A stretch of DNA of 30,127 bases from a bacterium (GTDB lineage: Bacteria > Hinthialibacterota > Hinthialibacteria > Hinthialibacterales > Hinthialibacteraceae): NCBI GenBank assembly GCA_041946805.1, contig JBHGBC010000062.1, positions 1 to 30,127 of the forward strand, read 5' to 3'. The stretch's first letter is position 1, and every line of letters starts with the position of its first letter. The notes below the pieces were generated by a model. It did no database searches, was not told the DNA's origin, and was given only the letters and a program-made list of their open reading frames with translations. The position numbers were made by a program, and so were the translations under genes. Shown here one piece after another: positions 18,089 through 27,166 of this stretch.

Positions 18089-18490
18089 ATGTTTTCAATG
18101 ACAAAAAGCTCACGGTGGAGATGGTGGGTGGGGGCGGGGGTGATCGCTTTCCTGGGAATACTGGCGGCGGAACAGGCCTGGCAATATCAACGGATACGCT
18201 CCCATATCGGTGAATACGCTTATTCATCACCCTTCGCCCTGCGGCAGCTGGGGAAGGAAGGCGAGTACATCGGCCAGGTCATGGACATGCGCTGGAACAT
18301 ACCGCCGCTCCGTCCCGATGACGTGAAGGGATTGCAGCCCCGCTACCTGATCGCGCGCGAAAACGTGCCCGGAGCGACGGAAGAGCAATGGTGGTGCGCC
18401 TATCTTTTCACCCTGTCCCCCGATCCCCCCACCGGATACCGTCCCAGTCCGTTCCCCAAGTTGATCGTGTTACCGAACGCGATTCAGTGA
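18089..18490 (+). CDS. Hypothetical membrane-anchored protein
   Basis: TM WWVGAGVIAFLGILAA, GC3-biased codons; start 18089 or 18098. Confidence 0.6.
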   Translation: MFSMTKSSRWRWWVGAGVIAFLGILAAEQAWQYQRIRSHIGEYAYSSPFALRQLGKEGEYIGQVMDMRWNIPPLRPDDVKGLQPRYLIARENVPGATEEQWWCAYLFTLSPDPPTGYRPSPFPKLIVLPNAIQ

Positions 18491-19029
18491 CCGGTCACGA
18501 GATCACCCTTGGCCGGTTTGATGTTCCAAGCCCACCAGGCCACCAAAGCCAGGAACCAGCCGATAAAATTGAGGGCGATGTCGTTGAGGTCCAAGACCCG
18601 GTAGGGCATGAACGTCTGGGCCCATTCATCGGCGACGCAAACGATCCCCCCGAAGGTCAAGGCCAGGCGGAGTTCCCGGGGAAAGGCGCCCATGAAGAGC
18701 AAGGTGCTGAACATGAATTGCGGGATATGGACCAATTCCGTGGTCAGCAACATGGTATGCGATACGATCCAGGTGGAAACCGCGGTTCCCGCCACGGCGA
18801 GGATAATTTCACCCCAGGTGGGATAGCGGATCCACAGCCGGGAGACCACCAGCCCCAGCACGACAATCAGGACCAAATACAGGAGGGGAAAGAAAATACT
18901 GTTGAAGGTGGTCCATCCGTGCTTGCCGATATAGACTCGGATCGCTTCCGTGACCAGGGACGCCCCGGTCAGGCAGCCGATGAAATAAAGCACCGCCAAA
19001 AGCAAAAAGACTTTTTCTTTCTTGGACAC
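18484..19029 (-). CDS. VanZ-like membrane protein
   Basis: Multi-TM; C-terminal HIPQF...ADEWAQTFMPYRVLDLNDIALN matches the VanZ pattern; GTG start after GAGG. Confidence 0.75.
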   Translation of the reverse strand: MSKKEKVFLLLAVLYFIGCLTGASLVTEAIRVYIGKHGWTTFNSIFFPLLYLVLIVVLGLVVSRLWIRYPTWGEIILAVAGTAVSTWIVSHTMLLTTELVHIPQFMFSTLLFMGAFPRELRLALTFGGIVCVADEWAQTFMPYRVLDLNDIALNFIGWFLALVAWWAWNIKPAKGDLVTGH

Positions 19030-19241
19030 TGGTATCGCCTCGCGGGATCAGCGGCTTGGTTGCGCGGGTAGTATTGTGATTGAAATCGGGTGATTCCAGA
19101 AGATCCAGGAGGAGGGAGAGGGGAAAGAGAAGGGAGACCGGTTCACGCGCAAGAGGATGAGTAAAAAAGGTTCATCCAATAAGTGCATAAAGAATGGATG
19201 TTGGTGTGTTTGTCTGCGCTTCTACCGCTTTACTTTTTCAC

Positions 19242-19406
19242 CCCCCTCCTAACCTCCCCCGATCTTCGGGGGATGAATCGTGCAGGCAAGATGCCTGCAC
19301 CACAAAGGCCTTCCCTCACCCTCACCCTGACCCTCTCCCAGAGGGAGAGGGGAATCAAAATAAAGAGTATATTTTGATGGATTACGCTTCGCCAACCCAT
19401 CCACCA
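19242..19406. repeat. Mosaic of triplex motifs and REP-like hairpins
   Basis: CCCCCTCC-taa-CCTCCCCC-gatcttc-GGGGGATG (19242-19275), GCAGGCAAGATGCCTGCACCAC (19282-19303), triplex motif 19319-19351, GATGGATTACGCTTCGCCAACCCATCCACC (19377-19406). Confidence 0.8.
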
Positions 19407-19430
19407 AATCCATTGGATAACGGTCTCACC

Positions 19431-20426
19431 TTATCCATGCATCCGATACCCATGAAACAATGCGTCGCAGGCGCCGCAAACCGGAGATTGGTTGTCGAAA
19501 AATTCCTTCTCCATTGGCGAATTCCACACCTCCGCGAGGGTCATGCCGTGATGGTCCAGCCTACCGATGGCGTATTCCCGCAGGTTGCAACAGGGCGTGA
19601 TGGCTCCCTCGGCGGTGATGTACAGGCTGTCGTCCGTCCGCATGCAAATCCCATCGAAATGCGTGGCCAGGCGCAACGGGAAAGATTGTTGATTCAACGT
19701 CCGCATGCAGACGCCCTTTTCCCGTCCCGCGCGCCGCAACTCCGCCAGCATGGCTTGCTCCCGCTCCCAACTAGGCCGCTGGACAGGATTCTCCGGATAT
19801 GACTGCATCCGCACCAAGTGAATGGTCCGGATCGAATGTTCCGCCGCGAAGTCGATATAGCGCCGGACATCCTCGAAGTTCTCCTCCACTACCAGCGCTT
19901 GCAAAATCAGCGGCGTTTTTTTCAATAAATCTAGATCAGCGGCATAATCCACCAGATTCCGGAACGTCTTGGGCGAGGGCGGATGCAAAATATCCCGCCA
20001 CTCCCGGGGAATATCCTTCCGTTCCGGCCACAAATCCACCGAGACGGTCACCGCGCCGACATGGAGTTCTTTGATCCGTTTACGCCGCTCTTCGTCGAGC
20101 AAAATCCCGTTGGTGGTGAAGCGGACCGCCGTGTCCGGCCAATGTTGGTTGGCGAGGGCGATCATTTCGAAAAAATCGGGATGCAGCAACGGCTCGCCCC
20201 AGCCGGTCAATACCAGCCGCTTCGGCGCGGGATTGGTCCGCACCAGGTTTTCGAACATGGGCAGGGGAAAATCGCGCTGGGGGATCGTCCCGTGGGTATG
20301 CGGGCACATGGCGCATTGCAAATTGCAGGCGTTGGTGACTTCGATCTGGATCTCTTCCGGATACGCACTCCGTTTCCGGGCGAGCAGGCGGAAAAACTTG
20401 GACGCGTTGTCGAGGGCCGAGCGCAT
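19431..20426 (-). CDS. Radical SAM protein with SPASM/Twitch domain
   Basis: EVTNACNLQCAMC, LTGWGEPLLHP, FTTNG, C-terminal C...PCC...CGAC. Alternative GTG start at 20435 overlaps the upstream stop. Confidence 0.9.
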   Translation of the reverse strand: MRSALDNASKFFRLLARKRSAYPEEIQIEVTNACNLQCAMCPHTHGTIPQRDFPLPMFENLVRTNPAPKRLVLTGWGEPLLHPDFFEMIALANQHWPDTAVRFTTNGILLDEERRKRIKELHVGAVTVSVDLWPERKDIPREWRDILHPPSPKTFRNLVDYAADLDLLKKTPLILQALVVEENFEDVRRYIDFAAEHSIRTIHLVRMQSYPENPVQRPSWEREQAMLAELRRAGREKGVCMRTLNQQSFPLRLATHFDGICMRTDDSLYITAEGAITPCCNLREYAIGRLDHHGMTLAEVWNSPMEKEFFDNQSPVCGACDALFHGYRMHG

Positions 20427-20431
20427 GGCAG

Positions 20432-21922
20432 TCACCGCGCCGCCCGGCGGGTCTGGTCCCGCCACAAGAGGTTGGCGATCACCCGCAGGTCGTTGCGGAT
20501 GGAATCCCACGAGCGGTACGTTTTCACGCGGCGCCACAGCTGCGAGGGGCGCAGGTAAAACCGCCGGTAGGCCTGGCGCGTCAATTGTTCCAGCCGCTCA
20601 TGGCTGAGATGGGGATACGAGATCATGCTTTTGCCGAAGGGATTGATGGAATCGGCGTCGTCGATCAGCGTGCCGTTTTGCTTCGCTTGATCGTAAAACG
20701 GTGTCCCCTTGAAGGGCGTGGCCACGGCGAACATCACATGATGGACCTTGAGCCGCTTCAGTTCATGGATGGTATGCGTGATATCTGCTTCCGTCTCTTC
20801 GGCCGACGAACCGAACATGATGTTGACTTTCGGTTCGATTTTGTATTTTTGCAGCAGGGGGACAGCCCGGTAGAAGGTCTGCAGGTCCAATTGCTTGTCG
20901 ATCAGATCCAACAACCTCTGCGACAGGGTTTCGATGCCGATATCCACGCTGATGCAGCCCGCCCGCGCCAGCGCCGCGACGACTTCTTCATCATCGAGAA
21001 AATCAGGCCGCGAGAGGCATCCCCAATCCAATCCCAGATCCTTCACGCCCTCACAGATCGCCAGGGTCCGCTTTTGGGAAGCCAGGAACTGGTCATCCAT
21101 CACCATCAGCGAGGGATACCCGGCCGCCTTCACCGCCTGGAATTCCGCAATGACCCGCTCCGGACTGGCGTACACCGCGCGGGGCTTCTTGCCGTGGCCC
21201 GCGGATTGCCGGAACTCCAGCTCGCGCGCGAAACTGACCGAGTTGGGCACGCAATACGAACAAGGAAACGGGCATCCCCGCGAGGCCAGCATCGCGGCCA
21301 CCGGCTGGCGGGGAAACTTGGCGTTGAGAAAATGCCGCGACAGCCGCTTCACCGTGGGATGTTCGTGAAAATCGAAAGGCAAATCCTCGATGGACAAGAA
21401 GTCATGGCCATGCGGATAGTATTTTTTCTCTTCTCCCTCGAACAGGTGAACACCTTGCTTCTCGCCGTGCAGCAGGTAGCGCAGCATGTTGTTTTCCGGC
21501 TCGCCCACGAAGACCAGCACCCGTTCGTTGTGAGCCAGGACTCCAGCGGCGTCCAGGTATTCCTGGGGGACACGGGAGGGTTCCGGGCCGTGGATCCAAA
21601 CCGGCGCGTCCACCGCCAGCAGCAGTTTGGGCAGATAGGCGAGATCGACCGGCTTGGCCAGCACCACCGAATGGAGAACCAACGCCCGCGGTTGCAGATC
21701 CTTGATCCGCTGGAGAAATTCCGCCTCCCTCAGATTGTCTAGAACTCCGTTGACGATTTCCGATTCCAACCCATGCTTTTTGAAGTACGAAAGCATGTAG
21801 AAATTGGCCAGATCGGGCAACGGATACAGCATGTAGCTGCAACCCGCGAAACGTTCCGGAATATGCCGCGGATCCTTCACCGGAGGCTCGATAAATACAA
21901 TGGGGCCGGCGTTTCCATTCAT
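20432..21922 (-). CDS. B12-binding-domain radical SAM protein 2
   Basis: ASRGCPFPCSYC, MDDQF, IGIET, TPFKGT; degenerate N-terminal B12 domain (HGPEPS, VGEPE); ATGA coupling to the upstream gene. Confidence 0.87.
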   Translation of the reverse strand: MNGNAGPIVFIEPPVKDPRHIPERFAGCSYMLYPLPDLANFYMLSYFKKHGLESEIVNGVLDNLREAEFLQRIKDLQPRALVLHSVVLAKPVDLAYLPKLLLAVDAPVWIHGPEPSRVPQEYLDAAGVLAHNERVLVFVGEPENNMLRYLLHGEKQGVHLFEGEEKKYYPHGHDFLSIEDLPFDFHEHPTVKRLSRHFLNAKFPRQPVAAMLASRGCPFPCSYCVPNSVSFARELEFRQSAGHGKKPRAVYASPERVIAEFQAVKAAGYPSLMVMDDQFLASQKRTLAICEGVKDLGLDWGCLSRPDFLDDEEVVAALARAGCISVDIGIETLSQRLLDLIDKQLDLQTFYRAVPLLQKYKIEPKVNIMFGSSAEETEADITHTIHELKRLKVHHVMFAVATPFKGTPFYDQAKQNGTLIDDADSINPFGKSMISYPHLSHERLEQLTRQAYRRFYLRPSQLWRRVKTYRSWDSIRNDLRVIANLLWRDQTRRAAR

Positions 21923-23415
21923 CCGCATACTCCCGCCGCCTTCATTCCGGCTTCGGATTTGGGGGATTTTCTGGTGAACACCGTCCGCGCCAGCGCCACC
22001 GCGCTTTTCACCAATCCCGTCACGTACCGGGGCGAAGGATTGCGCAGCACCCGGCCTGTGTAATTCAAAATCGTGCGCGGCCGGAAATAAAACGACCGCA
22101 GGATCTTTCTCTGCCAGTACCGTAGGTCCTCGGCCGTCAATCCGTGGGGCACGAACACCGGCGTCAATAGGTTCATCTTGGTCCAGTCGTCATCGAAAGT
22201 TCCATATTCATGGGCGTATTGACTTAACGGAGAACCGGGGAAGGGGGTCATGCAGGTGACGGTGATATCCGAAAACGGCACGTCCTGGGTCAGCCGGTAG
22301 GTCGCTTGCAGTGTCTCCGGTGTTTCCCGCGGATGGCCGACGATGAAGAATCCCTTGGAGGCGATACCCGCCCGGCGGGTGTTCTCGATTCCCTCGTGGA
22401 TCTGGCTGAGTTTCAGCCGCTTGTCTTCGTGGTCCAATATTTCCTGCGATCCGCTTTCGATGCCGTAGCTGATATGCCAGCATCCCGCCTCTTTCATTCG
22501 TTTCAACAGATCCGGCTTGGCGAGATTGACGCGGCTGTTGCAGGCCCAGGTCATGTTCAGGCCGCGTTGCCGCAGGAGTTCACAAAACCGTTCGACATTC
22601 TTGCGATAGACCATGAAGGTGTCGTCCTCGAAGGTCACGTCGCGGATGCCGAACGTTTTGTTCAGATATTCGAACAGGTCCACCATGTATTCGGCCGAGT
22701 GCGACCGGATCTTCTGCCCGAAGACGCTGGTGTCGCAGAACGAGCACTCGAACGGGCAGCCCCGCGAGCTCACGAATGAGACCGAAGGCACATGCGCCAC
22801 CTTGAAATACCCGGGCGTGTATTTTGCGGGAAAATCATGCAGCAGGTCCCAGGCGGGATAGGGCAGGGAATCGAGATCCATGAACGCCCGCCGGGCCGGG
22901 GTTTGGATGATGTTCCCCGCGGGGTCCCGGCATACGATTCCGGGGATGAACGTAAAATCCCGGCTTCCCTCCTCCACTGCTCCAAGGATTTCCAGAATGG
23001 TCTCCTCCCCCTCGTGGACCGCCGCCAGATCGAATTCCAGACAGCGCCGGAGGGTCTCTTCGGGAATCGCGGTGGCGTGGGGACCCCCGATGGCGATTAC
23101 CGTCTCCGGCCAGCAAGCCTTCACCGCGCGCGCCAGCCGTTCCGCCGGGATGGTGGTCAGGGTGGTGGTGGTGAAACCGATGAACGCGGGCGGTGTTTCC
23201 CGCAGCCGGTTCATGACTTCATCCAGGGTTAGATTTTCCGCCGCCGCGTCGATGACCGCGGCCTTGTAGCCCGCTCGCCGGACGATGGCCGCCAAAATCA
23301 CCGAGGCGAGGCACGGCGTGCAATTGCCGGTTGCCGCCAGAGGACCGTAACGTTCCTCCAGCGAGACCGGCGGGGTCATGAAAACGGCAAGGGATTTGGA
23401 GTTGGATTGGATCAT
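21919..23415 (-). CDS. B12-binding-domain radical SAM protein 1
   Basis: IGGPHATA, HEGE, SSRGCPFECSFC, FEDDTF, YGIESGSQ, FIVGHPRET, TPFPGS. Confidence 0.93.
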   Translation of the reverse strand: MIQSNSKSLAVFMTPPVSLEERYGPLAATGNCTPCLASVILAAIVRRAGYKAAVIDAAAENLTLDEVMNRLRETPPAFIGFTTTTLTTIPAERLARAVKACWPETVIAIGGPHATAIPEETLRRCLEFDLAAVHEGEETILEILGAVEEGSRDFTFIPGIVCRDPAGNIIQTPARRAFMDLDSLPYPAWDLLHDFPAKYTPGYFKVAHVPSVSFVSSRGCPFECSFCDTSVFGQKIRSHSAEYMVDLFEYLNKTFGIRDVTFEDDTFMVYRKNVERFCELLRQRGLNMTWACNSRVNLAKPDLLKRMKEAGCWHISYGIESGSQEILDHEDKRLKLSQIHEGIENTRRAGIASKGFFIVGHPRETPETLQATYRLTQDVPFSDITVTCMTPFPGSPLSQYAHEYGTFDDDWTKMNLLTPVFVPHGLTAEDLRYWQRKILRSFYFRPRTILNYTGRVLRNPSPRYVTGLVKSAVALARTVFTRKSPKSEAGMKAAGVCG

Positions 23416-23570
23416 GATGGATGATTATGACGGATGCCGGCTGAAAAATCAATATATGACCATTTTAGTAAAGATTCAAGTATGGTTTTCAGGTAAGAAA
23501 AGCGGATTGATTGTATCCGCAGGGGGATGTTGGGATGGTGGTGTGGGGAAAAGGATTTACGGATTCCATG

Positions 23571-23877
23571 CCAGAGGGAGAGGGGAATGGTTTTCGATGA
23601 AGGGTGTTGCTCTCCATCGCAGGGAAATGGCGAGATGACAGGTTTTCCCTCACCCTGATCCTCTCCCAGAGGGAGAGGGAATCGTATATCGTTCCCTTCA
23701 ATCTTTATCTCACGAATAGAGCAGTGAGAAAGTTCCGCAGCCGAGTAAATCGTTACCAGATAACGGCACTGAAAAGGTCGAAAACGCTTGGATTCAAACC
23801 CTATGGGGTTGGAATTCATCTTAGGATACCGTAGGCTATCGCCTACGGCTATTCACATGAATCTCTTTCGGGGATTG
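23571..23877. repeat. Triplex motifs and a three-hairpin REP-like element in the divergent rSAM/GT spacer
   Basis: Partial motif at 23571-23585, full motif at 23647-23679, perfect CCGTAGGC-tatc-GCCTACGG (23829-23848) flanked by AACCCTATGGGGTT and AATCTCTTTCGGGGATT. Confidence 0.75.
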
Positions 23878-23893
23878 GAGCGGAAAAAACAAC

Positions 23894-24907
23894 TTGCTGC
23901 TCACTCCACTTTACTCCTTTACTCCCCGGGTTTCGTTCATCGTTCCCGTATACAACGCGCGGGAGACGGTCATCGAAACCTTGGAAAGCATCCTCGCGTT
24001 GAAAACCGATGGGGCTTTGGAAATCCTGGTGGTCGATGACGGCTCCACGGATGGTTCGCCCGAGGTGGTTGAAGATTGGCTTGCCGGCCCAAAATCATTG
24101 CCTGACCGTGTTTCATTGCGTATCTTGCGGATATCTCATGGAGGCGAGGCGGCCGCCATCAACGCCGGACTCGAACAGGCTGCCGCGCCTTTCATCGTCT
24201 GGGTGGAAAGCGACGTGCGCCTGCATCCCGATTGGCTGATCCCTCTGCTCATCGAATTGGAGGATCCCGCCGTGGCCGGGGCGGGAGGCGTGCTGTATCC
24301 CTCTCCCAACGATCCCCCCGTGGCCCGGATGTTCGGTTACGAAATCGCGCACAAGATCCGCTCGAACCATGCCGAAGTGATCCACATCACCAGCGCCAAC
24401 GCCCTTTACCGCCGGGAAATTTTCGAGCAACTCGGCCCCTGCCGGGTAGAATTGGGGGAGTCGAGTTTCGATTCCGAATACAACCAACGGATTCGCGAGG
24501 CCGGATACCGCCTGGTATGCAACCAACGGGCGCGCGCGTGGCATCATTACAAAGGAAGCCTGCTGGAATGCCTGCGCCGCGCGGCCTGGTATGGTTTCCG
24601 CCGCCCTATGGTCAAGACCCAAGTGCTTTATCCCTTCGACCGCCTGATCGGCCTGTTGGTGGCCTCGTCCATGTTGCTGGTTCCGGCTTCGGCCTTGTGG
24701 TGGATATCGCCGGTTTTCCCGCTGGGGCTGATCGTGTTCGTACTGGCGGCGCATGTTGGATATTCGATCTATTTGTACACCCGTTACCGGGATTGTGCCC
24801 TCCTCGCAGCCGGGCCGGTGTTTTTATTGCGCAACGTGGTATTCGGGGGGGCGTATCTGGCCGGATGGATCGATAGACTGCTGGGAATGAAACGAAACCG
24901 CCCGTGA
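23894..24907 (+). CDS. Glycosyltransferase family 2 with C-terminal TM helices
   Basis: VSFIVPVYN, VVDDGSTD, AINAG, ESD at the DxD position; TTG start after GGAG. Confidence 0.88.
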   Translation: MLLTPLYSFTPRVSFIVPVYNARETVIETLESILALKTDGALEILVVDDGSTDGSPEVVEDWLAGPKSLPDRVSLRILRISHGGEAAAINAGLEQAAAPFIVWVESDVRLHPDWLIPLLIELEDPAVAGAGGVLYPSPNDPPVARMFGYEIAHKIRSNHAEVIHITSANALYRREIFEQLGPCRVELGESSFDSEYNQRIREAGYRLVCNQRARAWHHYKGSLLECLRRAAWYGFRRPMVKTQVLYPFDRLIGLLVASSMLLVPASALWWISPVFPLGLIVFVLAAHVGYSIYLYTRYRDCALLAAGPVFLLRNVVFGGAYLAGWIDRLLGMKRNRP

Positions 24908-26133
24908 ACATCCTCCACGTGATCCCCTATTTCCCGCCCACGCGCCGCCACGGGGGAGTGCCCGAGGCGGTCCTGGCGCTGGTCCGCGCGCAGATCGGAC
25001 TCGGCCACGCCGTTACAGTTCTCACCAGTGACGCCGGATTGTCTCCGGAAGATGCTCACCCGGAAATCGACTTGCAGTGGCTCGAGCAAGGCTCCCTCAC
25101 GGCGCTGGGAACCTTGCGGGACACGCAGGTGCTATACGTGAAGAACCGCTTTCTCATTCTCGCGGAGCGGGGGAAATTCTTCACGCCGCGGCTGACCGCG
25201 CCGGAGATTCTTACGCGCCTTCCCGCGGTCATCGATGCCGCTCATTTTCACGAAGTCCACATTCCCGGTTACCGGCGCGCCGCAAGGGAATTCACGCGCC
25301 GGGGGGCGGTGGTTTGCGTATCTCCCCATGGCTCATTGGCTCCCCCCACGCATCGCGGGATTAAGCGGGTGGCTCACCGATGCCTGGATCCATGGCTGCG
25401 CGCCGGCTGGTTTTCCCGATGCGGGGCTTATTTCGCGCTCTGCCAGGCTGAGCGGGAGCAGTTGTTGCGCTGTGGGATTCCACCGGAGAGAATTCACATC
25501 CTCCCGCATGGTCTGCCTGAGTGGGAACGTTCCCACTCCTTCCCTTTGCCCTTTCCGGGTGAGGCCAATCCAGCCGTGGTGACGTTTTTGGTCCTGGGAC
25601 GATTGCACGAATCCAAGGGGGTGGTTCAAGTTTTCAAAGCATTTCAAGCACTTTGGGAGAACAATTGGCGGCCACGCCTGGTCTTTTGCGGTCCGGATGA
25701 AGGCTGCGCGACGATCATTCGGCAGGGATGCCTGCAACGAGGGATTCACTTCGATACCGGCCATATTGGAACTTCCGCCGGCGTGTATGTACTTTCCCCC
25801 GTGCCGCATGCCAGCCTGCCTGCACTATTCCAGTTGGTGGATTGGACCGTCTGCCCCTCGCCTTATGAATCCTTCGGGCTGGCGCCCATCGAATCGCTGA
25901 TTTGTGGTGTTCCGGTTTTGGCCACATCGGGATACGGATGCCTGGAACATATCGCGGGAACAGGTACCCTGATGAAAATTGTGCCCCCCGGCGATCCGGC
26001 GGCGTTGCGGTCCGCCTTGGAGGGAAGTTTAATGTCCCCCAAAGTGGAACACCCGCCGGACGGTTGGGATCCGGGCTTGCCCTCCTGGCGGGAGGCGGCG
26101 GAGCGGGTGGTGGAGGTCTATCAGGGGGGGTAA
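24904..26133 (+). CDS. Glycosyltransferase family 4
   Basis: MNILHV...GG, SPHG, LGRLHESKG, PSPYESFGLAPIESLICGVPV; GTGA coupling. Confidence 0.9.
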   Translation: MNILHVIPYFPPTRRHGGVPEAVLALVRAQIGLGHAVTVLTSDAGLSPEDAHPEIDLQWLEQGSLTALGTLRDTQVLYVKNRFLILAERGKFFTPRLTAPEILTRLPAVIDAAHFHEVHIPGYRRAAREFTRRGAVVCVSPHGSLAPPTHRGIKRVAHRCLDPWLRAGWFSRCGAYFALCQAEREQLLRCGIPPERIHILPHGLPEWERSHSFPLPFPGEANPAVVTFLVLGRLHESKGVVQVFKAFQALWENNWRPRLVFCGPDEGCATIIRQGCLQRGIHFDTGHIGTSAGVYVLSPVPHASLPALFQLVDWTVCPSPYESFGLAPIESLICGVPVLATSGYGCLEHIAGTGTLMKIVPPGDPAALRSALEGSLMSPKVEHPPDGWDPGLPSWREAAERVVEVYQGG

Positions 26134-26316
26134 TGCAGAGATCGGTTGGATATTAATAGATTATATTGCAGAATATCCCCAAAATTCGGTGAAAATTGTC
26201 AAGTATGGATTTCATCTAGGTTTTTGATATATACTGAAATGGGTATGCGATGAGTGGATTTCGCGGCATTCAACCGCCCGTTAGATTTCTAGACAGATGT
26301 ACCAAATCTTTTCCCT

Positions 26317-26349
26317 CCCTCTCCCTCCGGGAGAGGGCCGGGGTGAGGG
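26317..26349. repeat. BoxC/PIT-like intrastrand triplex motif
   Basis: CCCTCTCCC-tcc-GGGAGAGGG-ccg-GGGTGAGGG. Confidence 0.88.
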
Positions 26350-26410
26350 AATGTGCCAGGTTTCGGATCATGTTTCTTTTTGTAACCCATAAGAGCTTCC
26401 ACCAATCACT

Positions 26411-27166
26411 ATGTCCACTGTGTTAGTCATCGTTCCCGTGCATAACGAGGCCCAGAACCTCCCCGCGCTCTTGCCGCGCCTCAAGCGGGAAGCCAAAAAA
26501 GTCAACGCCGATATCCTGGCGATCAACGACGCTTCCACCGATTCATCCCTGAACATTCTGAAAAACCACAAGATCCACACTCTCAACCATTCCACCCAGC
26601 TGGGGTATGGATCGACCATTCAGACCGGTTACAAATACGCGCTGCGTTCAGGCTATGACTACGTGATCCAGCTGGACGGTGATGGCCAACACGATCCCAG
26701 ATGCCTCTCCGCGTTTCTCAAGGAGCTGAAAAAAAAAGAGACCGACATCGTCATCGGTTCCCGGTATCTTCCCACGAACGGTTATCCCTTTCCCCCGCTG
26801 GGGCCGCTGTATTTCGGCACGGTGGTGCGCCGCATCGGCATCCGCCTTTTCCGGCTGGTTTTGCTCTGCCTGAGTTTCCGCTGGATCACGGACCCCACCA
26901 GCGGCTTCATCGGCTTTAACCGCTCCGCCCTGCAATTCGTTTGCGGCAAGAGTTTTCCTTTCGACTATCCGGACGCCGATGCGATTCTCACCTTTCTCAA
27001 GAACGGCCTGCGGGTCAAGGAAATTCCGGTGTATATGTACCCCGTCCAGAAAGACCATGGCCTGCACCGCGGTTGCGGCCCGGTCTGGTACGTGATCAAG
27101 GTGTTCATCTCACTCTTTATCGCCTTCATCCGCCGGAGGGAGATCTACCAAGATGAACGGAGCTGA
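26411..27166 (+). CDS. Glycosyltransferase family 2 (DPM1/polyprenol-phosphate glycosyltransferase-like)
   Basis: IVPVHNE, INDASTD, QLDGDGQHDP, VIGSRY, DPTSGF, VKEIPV. Confidence 0.92.
   Translation: MSTVLVIVPVHNEAQNLPALLPRLKREAKKVNADILAINDASTDSSLNILKNHKIHTLNHSTQLGYGSTIQTGYKYALRSGYDYVIQLDGDGQHDPRCLSAFLKELKKKETDIVIGSRYLPTNGYPFPPLGPLYFGTVVRRIGIRLFRLVLLCLSFRWITDPTSGFIGFNRSALQFVCGKSFPFDYPDADAILTFLKNGLRVKEIPVYMYPVQKDHGLHRGCGPVWYVIKVFISLFIAFIRRREIYQDERS

Noticed and set aside
19431..20426. SPASM protein as the anaerobic maturase of the sulfatase
   Set aside because: Too few C-terminal cysteines for a full anSME SPASM domain, coupled to B12-rSAM genes, and 17 kb from the sulfatase.
23412..23834. 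Small ORFs upstream of the radical SAM trio as RiPP precursors (also 19183-19377, 12137-12346, 6017-6547)
   Set aside because: They are translations of the repeat motifs (LTLILSQRER, PHPNPLPEGEG, PLPLGEDQGEG) with no RBS or coding bias.
5123..24907. Mycofactocin-like system (creatininase + SPASM radical SAM + GT2)
   Set aside because: Genes are more than 13 kb apart, no MftA-like precursor (IDGxCGVY) or MftB, and the amidohydrolase seems exported.
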